Below are positions 27,777 to 38,500 of a stretch of DNA of 64,000 bases, piece by piece. The stretch is from a virus. The notes under the pieces are model-generated. The model was not told where the DNA came from. It made no database searches and saw only the letters and a program-made list of their open reading frames with translations. A program made the translations under genes and the position numbers. The stretch covers positions 1 to 64,000 of the IMG/VR virus record IMGVR_UViG_3300016478_000246; one strand, written 5' to 3'. Position 1 is the stretch's first letter, and every line of letters starts with the position of its first letter.

Positions 27777-28799
27777 ATGGCTAAAACTATTAAAAAAGAA
27801 ATTGACGCTGATTTTCCTATGGACATTAACATGGAAGAGATTAATGCCCAGGAGCAGGTTTATACGCCTATATCAGCAATTAACGAGATGGAAGAAGTTG
27901 GCTCTGAAAGACCAAGGACTGCTCCACGAAAACAAAACACATTGATTTCATGCTTACGTAATGAACGGGTAATTGTTCGGTATATTAACCGCCCAAACAC
28001 CAATATTCAGAACCCTAAGCACGTTCTCTATGGCGGCATGGCAGAGACGGCTACGCGCACATTCACTGTGCCAATGCTTCGCTCAGGAGGGCTTATAAAC
28101 GTTCTTACAGACACTGAGAAGGCGTTCCTAGAGCAATACATGGGATTAGAGCCAAATGCTCTTAGCGTGTATTTAAAGAAGGATAATTACTGGCATAATT
28201 ACTTTGTCAGATTAACTAAGACTGATACCTACCTAAACCTTAGCATTCCAGAAGACTATATTAAGTATAAGGTTTTACTGGCAAACAAAGACTACATCTG
28301 TCCAAGCCTTGAAGAACTTAATGACCGTCGTAAAGAAACTTATCAGTTTGTTTTAATTAATGAGGGTGATGAAGTTCGCCAAACCAATGAAAACATGACT
28401 GTCGCTATGGAGGCATCAGTATTACTCGGCACAATCCTTAATAACAAATCAGTTCTTAAACTGGTTGTTGAGACTGTTGAGAATCGGCCAATATCTAAGC
28501 AGTCTAAACTTGATTTTATCCAAGCCCAGGCCTATAAGGCAATGCAGGCTAACCCAAAACTATTTGTATCTATTGTAAAAGATCCATACTTGCAGACTAA
28601 AGTTCTGTTGGCAGAATGCCTGGAATATGGCGTTGTACGTAAGCGTAACGATTTGTACTATCTGTCAAGCAATAGTGAGCCATTATGTGAAATGGGTGAA
28701 GAATCTACACTGTCTGTTGCGGCTAAATATCTTAACAGTCCTAAGCGTCAAGAGGTGAAGCTAACTCTTGAGGCTAAAGTAAAAGCTCTTAAAGACTAA
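27777..28799 (+). CDS. Conserved crAss-type protein following the MCP
   Basis: 340 aa; position in the capsid module. Confidence 0.7.
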   Translation: MAKTIKKEIDADFPMDINMEEINAQEQVYTPISAINEMEEVGSERPRTAPRKQNTLISCLRNERVIVRYINRPNTNIQNPKHVLYGGMAETATRTFTVPMLRSGGLINVLTDTEKAFLEQYMGLEPNALSVYLKKDNYWHNYFVRLTKTDTYLNLSIPEDYIKYKVLLANKDYICPSLEELNDRRKETYQFVLINEGDEVRQTNENMTVAMEASVLLGTILNNKSVLKLVVETVENRPISKQSKLDFIQAQAYKAMQANPKLFVSIVKDPYLQTKVLLAECLEYGVVRKRNDLYYLSSNSEPLCEMGEESTLSVAAKYLNSPKRQEVKLTLEAKVKALKD

Positions 28800-28805
28800 C
28801 AATAA

Positions 28806-29492
28806 ATGGCAGATTTAACCATTAATGCAGATTGGGTCCGTGATAGATTCAATCTGCAATACAACTTTAGCAATTCAGCGCCAGGATTGGAAGATTCAGA
28901 AATCTCTATGTACTTAACAATGGCGCACATTGAGATTCTTGATGAATACTCTGCAACTGTCGACATGTTTGAAAAGAACCGCTCGATACTTTCGCCCTAC
29001 ATCTATGAAGATGAGATTTCTGGCGACATATCGGATGTTGTGAAATTCTACAAATTACATTACCAATCGTTTAAGTTTACAAAAAATTACTGGCGTATTA
29101 TCCGTGAGTATATAAAGACTGTCAAAAGAGATTGGATTAAGGTAAAGCCAACGCAATACGACACATTCAATAAAATGGTTGACAATCCTTATAGATGGCC
29201 AACCACGGAAAAAGCTCTTAGGCTGGATGTGAAGAAGGATATTAATACTGATGCAAATGTAAAGATATTCTTTAAGCGAGAGGATAGCACTGATTATATC
29301 ATAACCTATAATGTCACCTACCTTACATCGCCAGAAATATTTGACTTAGAAAATAGCGTTATCCCATCACAAATAGTTGGTAATTCATTCATGTCTGAAA
29401 AAGTAATTAACAGGGCAGTTGAGTTGGCTACAAGGGATATTAAAGAAAATTCTTTGCAAAATCAAGTTCAGATTAATTCAAGATCAAAATAA
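28806..29492 (+). CDS. Head-tail ring/adaptor protein
   Basis: APGLEDSEISMYLT..KVINRAVELA resembles crAss ring proteins; synteny. Confidence 0.55.
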   Translation: MADLTINADWVRDRFNLQYNFSNSAPGLEDSEISMYLTMAHIEILDEYSATVDMFEKNRSILSPYIYEDEISGDISDVVKFYKLHYQSFKFTKNYWRIIREYIKTVKRDWIKVKPTQYDTFNKMVDNPYRWPTTEKALRLDVKKDINTDANVKIFFKREDSTDYIITYNVTYLTSPEIFDLENSVIPSQIVGNSFMSEKVINRAVELATRDIKENSLQNQVQINSRSK

Positions 29493-29524
29493 TCACAATT
29501 TATTAACTTAACCGTTTTAAACAA

Positions 29525-30478
29525 ATGGCTACATTTTCTTCAAACTCCGTTCGGCACTTATATGTCGCCAACGGTTTCGATGCTAACGCTACTTCAGCTA
29601 ACGTTGGTTACTTCAAAACTGCTGATGTTGTTGATGGCAATCTATTCCTGACCTACATTAACACCGAAGGTAAAGAGTATAAGACTGATGCAATTCCAGT
29701 AAAAAACATTCGCAAGGCTACTGCCACTAAATCGTCACCAAAAGTACTTCGTCAAGACACAATCACTTTTTCTGCGCTTGTACCCGGTGAGACTTATATC
29801 CTGCGCTTCTTGATTCGTCAGTGGGGTAGTGGTTCTGCAGAAGACCAGTATTTCAAACATATTGGTTCATACAAAGCTAAAACTGGTGATACCCAGGAAA
29901 CTCTTGTTGATGCCCTGATTGCAAATGCTGCTAAAAGCATGGCTCGTGAGGCATTCCCAATGTTTACCTTCACAAAGTCTGGCTCTGGCACATCAGCCAA
30001 ATTGGTTGTTAAAGAAAACGAACAACCCTGGGTTCTTGGTAAGCAGCAAGGCCGCAACCTGGATTACACAATTCAGTTTGTTGAAATCACAAGCAATGGC
30101 GCAACAACTACTTCATGGGGAACTGTTGCATCTAACGCTAAGCCTTACATGGGCGTTGGGACTCCCAAGCTAACTGCTGATATGGAGTATTTCTACCTTG
30201 GTGAACGTGGCGATATTTATCGTCAAGTTGGATTCCCTTACACCTGGGACACTAAGTATTTGACCAATCTCAATGCTTACGGCTACACCGCAATTGACAT
30301 TGCTTACTTCACTACCGAAGAAAGTCATGGTTACGACCAGGCTGAAAAGCAATTGACTATTATGGCTATTGAGACACAATCTGGTGAGCCGCTGGAAACC
30401 GACTACACCGTTGTTAATGCTATCATCGGAGCAATTAATACTGCGACTGGAGAGACTACAATCGCAACAGTATCTTAA
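29525..30478 (+). CDS. Auxiliary capsid protein-like
   Basis: MATFSSNSVRHLYVA..DMEYFYLGERGDIYR; codon usage of a highly expressed gene; followed by a terminator. Confidence 0.6.
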   Translation: MATFSSNSVRHLYVANGFDANATSANVGYFKTADVVDGNLFLTYINTEGKEYKTDAIPVKNIRKATATKSSPKVLRQDTITFSALVPGETYILRFLIRQWGSGSAEDQYFKHIGSYKAKTGDTQETLVDALIANAAKSMAREAFPMFTFTKSGSGTSAKLVVKENEQPWVLGKQQGRNLDYTIQFVEITSNGATTTSWGTVASNAKPYMGVGTPKLTADMEYFYLGERGDIYRQVGFPYTWDTKYLTNLNAYGYTAIDIAYFTTEESHGYDQAEKQLTIMAIETQSGEPLETDYTVVNAIIGAINTATGETTIATVS

Positions 30479-30504
30479 TTATTAAATTAATGTCATAACC
30501 AATA

Positions 30505-30539
30505 GGGGCATGTAGGGGTTTCCCTGCGTGCCCTTTTTT
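30505..30539 (+). terminator. Intrinsic terminator
   Basis: GGGCATGTAGGG/CCCTGCGTGCCC stem followed by a T-tract. Confidence 0.8.
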
Positions 30540-30550
30540 ATTATAAAAAT

Positions 30551-30931
30551 ATGAAATGTAAAGAAATGATTTTAAACCTGGTAAATTGCATTGAAGGCTC
30601 ATGCCTGCGGATTAAAGAGATTCATTGGAACACTCACAATCAAGCAACACACAACCTCTCAAGCGATATTATGCCAGAGTTGGCAGAGCACATGGATACT
30701 TTGCTGGAACTATTAATGGGTGTTATGTCGGACGAGCGTCCTGGCTTTGATATTTTAAAGCCAATGATTCCTGCCACCAAGAATCTTAAAGATATTCTTA
30801 AAGCCCTTGTGATGAAGGTTGAGGCCACCAAGATGATGGCCACTGAACCAATGCACAACGGCATTGCTGCTCAGCTTGATGAGCTGACAATTGACTTAAA
30901 TAAATGGATTTATTTATCAGATAACTTTTAA
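30551..30931 (+). CDS. Ferritin/Dps-like four-helix protein
   Basis: IHWNT....HNL.......MDTLLE pattern resembles the Dps ferroxidase helices. Confidence 0.6.
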   Translation: MKCKEMILNLVNCIEGSCLRIKEIHWNTHNQATHNLSSDIMPELAEHMDTLLELLMGVMSDERPGFDILKPMIPATKNLKDILKALVMKVEATKMMATEPMHNGIAAQLDELTIDLNKWIYLSDNF

Positions 30932-30933
30932 TA

Positions 30934-32532
30934 ATGGACGAATACAAAAAACTTAGTGAATACCCTTCGTTGACAACTCAAGAGCTTGATGAAACACTGC
31001 ACCTTGTAACATTAAACGGGTCTACCCTATCAAACTCAAAGCTGCCAATAAATGTGGCATTTTACGACGGGCTTGATTCTACATCGGCATTTATGGCTTT
31101 AACTGCCAAGCAGGGGAAAATCCTTGAAGACTCAAAAGCAAGTCTTGTCGGCAACAATGTGTTTACTGGTAATCAAAATATTTCTGGCACTATTTATGCA
31201 AGCGGGACTATCCAGACAAATAATGATTTTGCTATAAGAAAAGATAAGTACATATCCGTTATTGATGAAAATGGAGTTAGTTCATTTGCTTTTTTGACTG
31301 ATAATTTTAAATATTTTGACGGAATAGCGTCAAACGTTCAGTCGCAAATAAATGCAAAGGCCCCAATTGCATCCCCAACTTTTAGTGGTAATATATCACT
31401 TTCCACTATCGCTGGAAATTTTATATGCAATAGCGTAAATACTCCGTATGCAAAGCTTCAGTATTTAAACAACGTTACGTCGGACATAAACGCTTCTTTG
31501 ACAGATAAAGTATCTTCGTCTCAGCTGACCAGTGCTCTATCTTTAAAAGCAAACGTTTCTGGGCAGTTGTTTACTGGCCTTGTGTCCGGGCCGTCAGCAT
31601 CTTTTGATACTATTGCCGCCAACAGTTCAATCACCGTACCAACAGCTACTCTTCCAAGTCAGGCAGTCAACCTAAGTCAGTTGAATGGGCGCGCACTGCT
31701 TGATGGCGGCAACTCTTTTACCGGAAACCAATATTTTGGTGGGGCTATAACTGCACTTAATGCCAGCTGGTTCCAGAATGACGTAAGGGTTGACGGTAGC
31801 TTTTTACTGAATAAAGACCAGGACGTTGAGTTTAGTGATGCAACCTCAATGAAAATGTCTAAACTCTTTATGCTTAAAGATGTGACCAGCGATATTCAAG
31901 CGCAGTTAAATGGGAAATTATCTACAGTTGGTGATAACGTAATCACTGGATCTTTAACTGTTTATGGGGCCCTGTCGGCAGCTTCAATGGCAACTCCGTC
32001 TATAAATATATCGGATAACTTATCTATTCAAAGTTCGGCAGACATAGAAATGCAATCAACTTCCGATATAGTTGTTCAAGACCCAAATGCATTCAATGGT
32101 GAATTCACTGTTCCGTCAAGGAATTTAAGAGAGCTTAGCGATTGGACTGGAAGCCTTACTCTTATTGTCACCCAATCAGGGACTTCTGATGGTGGGGCAA
32201 ACGTCATAAGAGATACAGTAAGAACAAATTCTGACACCCTTTACTTTGTCAGGACTGGGGTTGGAACTTACACACTACAGATTCAAGGTCTCGCCCCTGG
32301 AGATTATCCTCAATTTATTCCAGCAGGTAAGTTTCCAAGGCTAATGAACCAAGGCAATATTATAATGGATTCAGGCTCTGCCGGAACGATAAGAATTACT
32401 GACTTTGCTCCTGGATATATCGAATTCCAAACAAACCTTGTAGTTGCGAGCACCACTACTGGAGAAATTTCCGTTGGTGCCCCTGCCGATGGAATTTTAG
32501 TTGACACTTTGCTGGATATAAAATTCTATTAA
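30934..32532 (+). CDS. Fibre-like virion protein with internal repeats
   Basis: Three repeats (GIASNVQSQINAK, NVTSDINASLTDK, DVTSDIQAQLNGK) and N.FTGNQ motifs. Confidence 0.6.
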   Translation: MDEYKKLSEYPSLTTQELDETLHLVTLNGSTLSNSKLPINVAFYDGLDSTSAFMALTAKQGKILEDSKASLVGNNVFTGNQNISGTIYASGTIQTNNDFAIRKDKYISVIDENGVSSFAFLTDNFKYFDGIASNVQSQINAKAPIASPTFSGNISLSTIAGNFICNSVNTPYAKLQYLNNVTSDINASLTDKVSSSQLTSALSLKANVSGQLFTGLVSGPSASFDTIAANSSITVPTATLPSQAVNLSQLNGRALLDGGNSFTGNQYFGGAITALNASWFQNDVRVDGSFLLNKDQDVEFSDATSMKMSKLFMLKDVTSDIQAQLNGKLSTVGDNVITGSLTVYGALSAASMATPSINISDNLSIQSSADIEMQSTSDIVVQDPNAFNGEFTVPSRNLRELSDWTGSLTLIVTQSGTSDGGANVIRDTVRTNSDTLYFVRTGVGTYTLQIQGLAPGDYPQFIPAGKFPRLMNQGNIIMDSGSAGTIRITDFAPGYIEFQTNLVVASTTTGEISVGAPADGILVDTLLDIKFY

Positions 32533-32554
32533 TTTAATAAAATAAACATAAGCC

Positions 32555-32586
32555 CTTGCAGATATGAAAATTTTTTATTATATTTG
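32555..32586 (+). promoter_or_regulatory. Bacteroidota primary-sigma promoter
   Basis: CTTG-N20-TATATTTG; implies the gene starts at ATG 32617. Confidence 0.7.
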
Positions 32587-32616
32587 CATGGGTTTATTTT
32601 ATTAAAAATATATAAT

Positions 32617-33537
32617 ATGACTAAAGAGGAGATTATAGAGAGGTTTAAATCAAAGCCTTATTTGATTGAAATGGGCGCTGGCAAATTATCACGATGGTTT
32701 GGCGTTAGTGAAGATATTATTCGTGAAGCCAAAGATGCTGCGAGGGGCAGGAAGAGCAAGATTGTTGACCATCAAAAAGTGCTATTTATAGACATAGAGA
32801 CGGCGCCAATGACCGCTTATGTGTGGGGCAGATGGAAGCAAAATATTGGTCTTAGCCAGTCAATCAGTGAGTGGTTCTGCCTGTCGTACGCAGCCAAATG
32901 GGCTAATGACGATGTAATGTATTCAGAGGTATTAACTCCTGAAGAGGCTTTAAATCAAGACGACTCTCGTATAATGAAAACCTTGTGGTTATTACTTAAC
33001 AAAGCGGATACTGTTATTGCTCACAACGGGCTGCAATTTGACAATAAGAAGATTAACACAAGATTCTTACTGCATGGGTTTAAGCCTACAAGGCCGTTCA
33101 GGGTAATTGACACTCTTAAAGTGGTTAAGGACGGATTCTCATTTTCATCCAATAAGCTGGACCATATTCTTAAAGAGTTTGGACTTGAGCGTAAACTTGA
33201 CACCGATTTTTCATTATGGAAAGGCTGCATGAATGGAGATTTGGAATCACTGCAATATATGAGGCAATATAATGAAATGGATGTTTACCAATTAGAAAAG
33301 GCTTTCTTAAGACTTAAGCCCTGGATTAAAAACTTTCCAAACTTTACCTTATTCAATTCTATTGCTGATGGAGAGTATGTGTGCCCAACATGCGGTGGCA
33401 AGCATATCTATCAGGATGGATATTACACCACATGGACTTATAAGTATAAGTTATTCAGGTGTGATGACTGTGGCTCCATATCAAGGCTTAGAAAGGCTGA
33501 AAAAACTGACGTAAAATTAATTAACAATATTAGGTAA
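32617..33537 (+). CDS. DEDD-type 3'-5' exonuclease (RNase H-like) with C-terminal zinc ribbon
   Basis: FIDIET, IAHNGLQFD, IDTL, YNEMDV; CPTCG..CDDCG. Confidence 0.85.
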   Translation: MTKEEIIERFKSKPYLIEMGAGKLSRWFGVSEDIIREAKDAARGRKSKIVDHQKVLFIDIETAPMTAYVWGRWKQNIGLSQSISEWFCLSYAAKWANDDVMYSEVLTPEEALNQDDSRIMKTLWLLLNKADTVIAHNGLQFDNKKINTRFLLHGFKPTRPFRVIDTLKVVKDGFSFSSNKLDHILKEFGLERKLDTDFSLWKGCMNGDLESLQYMRQYNEMDVYQLEKAFLRLKPWIKNFPNFTLFNSIADGEYVCPTCGGKHIYQDGYYTTWTYKYKLFRCDDCGSISRLRKAEKTDVKLINNIR

Positions 33538-34271
33538 TGAAGACATACCGAGACATGATTTTCATCGTATTAGATGAGTTAAAGATTATGTCCGACGACT
33601 CTGTGTGGGAGTATGAGCATATAGTAGCCCTGTTAAATAAATACAGGGCTATGCTCATAAAGCAGAGATACTTGGACAAAAAAGTTCCTATGCCATCGGC
33701 ATTCTATCAGCGACTAAAACTGTCATTTGACATAAATTTTTATCGTGGCAGGATATTTAAATCAACCAAAAAATTGCCAGCTATAACTGGGAACTCAATG
33801 CTTAATTTGCATACATTCCTATTTATGGATAATGGGTATCAACTAAATGTAAATTTAATTAATAGTCAGCAATTTAGAGTTATATCATATAGCAGATGGC
33901 CATTAAAAGAAACGTGCGGAGCGATAGCAAATGATGGATATATGTATATTTATTCTCCTGCCGGCGCTGTCATTCCAGCATTTATGGATAACAACGGTGA
34001 TATAATTGTAGAAGAAGATGCTGCAGAAAAAATACTCGTATCAGAAGTTTTTAAAAACCAAATTTTATATTACGACACCATCCTTGATAATCCATTAGAT
34101 ATAATTGAATTTAACAAGTTGACAGTTGATTCGTTTTTAGACGTTGAGTTCCCATGTGATGAATCATTGAGCCAGGTTATCGTTAGTTTATGTCTTGACG
34201 AGCTATCCAAAGCAATGGCAATACCAAGGGACGAGGTTAACAATGCAAATGACGATATATCAAAGCAATAA
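33537..34271 (+). CDS. Tail ring protein-like
   Basis: TYRDMIFIVLDELKIMSDDS..P.DEVNNAND; synteny with the crAss tail module. Confidence 0.6.
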   Translation: MKTYRDMIFIVLDELKIMSDDSVWEYEHIVALLNKYRAMLIKQRYLDKKVPMPSAFYQRLKLSFDINFYRGRIFKSTKKLPAITGNSMLNLHTFLFMDNGYQLNVNLINSQQFRVISYSRWPLKETCGAIANDGYMYIYSPAGAVIPAFMDNNGDIIVEEDAAEKILVSEVFKNQILYYDTILDNPLDIIEFNKLTVDSFLDVEFPCDESLSQVIVSLCLDELSKAMAIPRDEVNNANDDISKQ

Positions 34272-34274
34272 TTA

Positions 34275-34847
34275 ATGAGCGACTTTGAACAATTTAGCAC
34301 CGAGATAAGAAAGGCCGTTGGTCCTCGCGGCCGTGGTAATCGACCAGATATAACCCATAATCTTAAAGATGGCTATAAATACTATAATGAGAAAATACCA
34401 TCTGACAGCAAAAATAAAGTTAGCAAGATTATGTTTAATAAGATAATTAGCGAAGTGAACCTTGCGGTAATGAACGAAGTTATCAATGGCAAAACCATAA
34501 CGCTTCCAGCGGGCTTTGGAACCCTATCTATTGAAAAGCAATCCACTAAAGTATGGATTGATGATGATGGTAGGTTGCAAGCAACAAAGCCTGTTAATAT
34601 GCGCGAGACGCTAAAGCTATGGCACGAGGACGAAGAGGCCAGGCTTAAGAAAATATTTGTAAGGTATGATGAAGATTTTGTGTTTAGAATCACAAGTCAT
34701 CGTAAAAATGTTGGGTTCACCAACATGAGATATATAAGATTTAGGCCTTGCAGATATTTTAGACAAGCATTAAAAAATAAAATTATTAACGATAAAAATT
34801 ACGATACGTATGAGCGTGGTAAAGTGGACAAGTTTGAAGGTTATTGA
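34275..34847 (+). CDS. IHF/HU-like DNA-binding protein
   Basis: ITLPAGFGTLSIEK..IRFRPCR HU/IHF-type signature. Confidence 0.7.
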   Translation: MSDFEQFSTEIRKAVGPRGRGNRPDITHNLKDGYKYYNEKIPSDSKNKVSKIMFNKIISEVNLAVMNEVINGKTITLPAGFGTLSIEKQSTKVWIDDDGRLQATKPVNMRETLKLWHEDEEARLKKIFVRYDEDFVFRITSHRKNVGFTNMRYIRFRPCRYFRQALKNKIINDKNYDTYERGKVDKFEGY

Positions 34848-35505
34848 GAATCGACTCCTTAGGGATGAGACGTTTATAGGTATCAATTTTGAGGCCATTA
34901 TAGACTACTTTCTTGACTTTATAAGTATAGTTGGTACGCCAGAGTTATTTGATGATAAGATCACGGCAGAACTTGATATAGTGGATTACAGAGCACCTCT
35001 CCCAGCAGATTTTGTTGAGGAGATTTTTGTGCATATGGACAATAAGCCCGCCAAAGAATCTACTGATATTTCAGCAATTCATCGCAAGGCATTAATGGAT
35101 ATTGCCAAGGATGAGTTTTACGATAGAGAGCAGTCTATTACTTATAAAATAGGCGGCGGATACATTTACACATCCTACGAAACCGGCAAACTAATATTGC
35201 AATATAAGTCAATTAAAGTCGATGAGGATGGCTATCCTATGGTGCCTGACGATGCGGTGTTTATGCTGGCCTTACAGAGCTATATAGAGCTACAATTCCT
35301 TAAGATATTATATCGCGCAGGTAAGATTGCCGGCACAATCTATGATGAGGCCAAGCAACAATACGCATGGAATGTGGGACGTTATGAAACGCATGCAAAA
35401 CGATTAACTCCAGCCAAGATGGAATCTATTTCTGCGATGTTTAAAAACATTCATCATCGCCGAAACGAGTTTGGCCAGAGATATAAAAATCTTTCAAGTC
35501 AATAA
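34810..35505 (+). CDS. Tail tubular / ring protein
   Basis: YRAPLPADF..DEDGYPMVPD..QQYAWNVG; precedes the muzzle gene. Confidence 0.7.
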   Translation: MSVVKWTSLKVIENRLLRDETFIGINFEAIIDYFLDFISIVGTPELFDDKITAELDIVDYRAPLPADFVEEIFVHMDNKPAKESTDISAIHRKALMDIAKDEFYDREQSITYKIGGGYIYTSYETGKLILQYKSIKVDEDGYPMVPDDAVFMLALQSYIELQFLKILYRAGKIAGTIYDEAKQQYAWNVGRYETHAKRLTPAKMESISAMFKNIHHRRNEFGQRYKNLSSQ

Positions 35506-35507
35506 TT

Positions 35508-38500
35508 ATGCAAAATAAAAGCCAAACTTATAAGATTAAAGGCATGAATAGGGACTTATCCTATTCAGCCTTTAACCCTGATTTCTCATACGAAAACTAC
35601 AATATAAGGATTACCACCACCGACAGTAATTCAATGCTTAGGGTATCAAATGAGAAGGGTAATCGAGAAATTACCTTGTATGATACCGAAGGGTCTATTA
35701 CAAGTCTCGCGGGAGAAATTATTGGTTACTGTGAGATTGATAACAAGCTGGTTGTCTTTACGTACTCAGAGACGATAGATAGGATATATTTGCTGTATGA
35801 CTATGACGATGGGCAAGCAAATGTTAAAACGCTGTTTGAAGCAGGCAGCCTTAATTTTAGCCCAGACCATCAAATACAAGCAATACCATTCTATGAGAGC
35901 GAAGTCATTCAAAAAGTTTATTGGATTGACGGATTAAACGAGCCGCGCTTTATTAATGTAATGGCAGAGAACCAATCTTACAATGTAGATTCATTTAACT
36001 TCTATAGTGACTTAAATCTAAACGAAGTAGTTACTATTACAAAAGAATATGGTGATGGCTTGTTTAAGTCAGGAACTGTTCAGTACGGATTTTCATATTT
36101 TAACACTAATGGGTCTGAAACTGGGTTGGTGTTTTTGAGCGAGCCGCAATCAGTTTCTCCGATAGATAGGGGCGGCCAGCCTGACGAAATAATCCCAAAC
36201 TCTTTCAGAATAAATATTGACAGTGTAGATTCAAAATTTGACTTTGTAAGACTATACTCAGTGTTTAGGGAGTCGCTGGATGGAGTGCCGGTAGTTAAGC
36301 GTATAGCAGACTTAAGCTCAAAAGGCATTAGCCAGGTTACTTACATTGATAAAAATATTGTTGGCGATACGCTTGATGCCGACATGCTGCTAACATTATA
36401 CTCTGACAGAATAGTCCCGCAGTGTATGGAGCAAAAATACAATACGCTATTTTTTGGTAATATCAAGATTGAAGAAAATTCAACTCTTGGTATATACAAT
36501 CTTGAGGATTTAGACCCTCTAACCCCAATTTTTAACTGGGAATTGGATTCAAAGGGTGAGATTATCGAATCTTCCCTAACAAGCACTTCATACCCATACA
36601 GGCCGGCGTTAAATACTCGCAGCATACAAACACCGTCAGGCCCTCAAATTTCAAAAATAGCCAGGCATTTTAAATATGGAGAGACTTATAGACTTGGGCT
36701 GCAAGGGCAATATAAAGATGGCTCATGGTCTGCCCCAATTTGGATTGGCAAAGATTTTACTGTCGACAAAAGGTATTCTCAAGAGTTTATAGAGAATTAT
36801 TCTGCCATAAAAATACAGAAGGTAATCGGCAGATTTTTGCTAACACAATATAAAAAATGGTTTCAAGATAACGGGTTTGTAAGGGTCAGGCCATTGATGG
36901 TTCCATTGTCATACTCTGACAGACACATTATAGCTCAAGGCATTGGTACAAATACTCTTGGAGTTATGAGTCATAGGGTTGGCACCAATAAAAACTCCCA
37001 AGTATTTTCTATGCCAGACTACTTGGTAAGGAGCAATGGACGAACATCTCCCAATACCCAATTTAATGACGGAACGTATTTTCATTTTGACCTGCTAAAA
37101 CTTAACAATGTTCACGGGTTAAGTGGAACTTCAATGCCAAGCAGTCAAAAGTATAAGTTTATTGAGAATATGGGGACCTGCTCTGAAAATCCAGTAAGCG
37201 GCGAATATGGTGAGCCTGACTATTTAAATATAAATAGCACATTTAGGTATATAAGTGGTGCCGGGTTTAGGTCAAAATTCCAGAAGAGTGATACTCCACA
37301 AGACAGAGATTATTTCTTTATAGATAATAACACTGTAAACATTTGGAGTCCTGAGTTTATGTATGATTATGACAACATTAACCCATACATGAACTCTGTC
37401 AGCCAATTAGGATTATATGGATTTTCCATAATAACTGGCGGAAATGATTCATTCTCTATTGATGGGACTTTCGCCAATAGAACAGAATTCGGGTCATATG
37501 ATAGGATAATATCAGTTGCTAATTATAATTATAAATTTCCACTAGTCAGTGACACGTCTATTCCTGATAGAAATTATAGGGCTATTCTTTTAAACTACAA
37601 GTGCGGAGAAGAATCCATTGATGAATTTGTTAATCACATAGTTGTACCAATATGGACTCCTGGTAAAATGCATCTGCAAAATTTAAAGCTAATCCCAGGA
37701 CATGAAGCGTTTCCAGAGATAGAAATAGACTTTTCATCAATTAAAAAGGTTATGAATGTTTATTGCGGATATAATTTTATCTTAAATGACGATAAAAACG
37801 CAATATATAGCATCAATAATCCAAAAATATTTTACGATGACTCAACATCTTACTACAAAAGTAATGAGTATGACAATGAATTAAATGCTGGAAATATATT
37901 GTATTCAAAAAGGGTTAGCAAAGATTTTTCTCCTTTAGGGTATATTGCTTGTAGAGCGTCTGATAAGGACTCAAAGTTTTTGTACACATATGTCACGGGG
38001 GTGCCTGCGAGTGACCTGAGAGAAGACAATAGTGCAATAGACTGGAATCTTGAAGGATTTACTATGGAGTATTCATCATCTCCACACGCATTGTTTTCGT
38101 TTAAAGAGAACAATTCGCTTACGCACTGCCTGCCAACGTTTTCACCTAATTCTACTTCGCTAACAACAGTACCGGTTGGCACTGCTTTATGGTATCGTGG
38201 AAGTAGAAGTGGGGCGGCAGATAAGTTTATCACAGAAATTCACCCTTATAGTGTCTTTAAGAATCAAATACAAATTGGTGATTTGAATCCATTTCATCCG
38301 ATAAATTATAATTCATTTCCAATCTTTGATGTGATTAAGCCGGTAGCAGAGGGTTCGCAATATGGCGGAAAGTCTAAGAGTGCATTGCTTAATAACCAGT
38401 GGATCCCATGTGGCCCAGCAGTATCAATTGATGACGAGTATTTGTACTTCTCTGAAGGCGACACCTATATCACACGGTTTGATTTCTTAAAATCATATGT

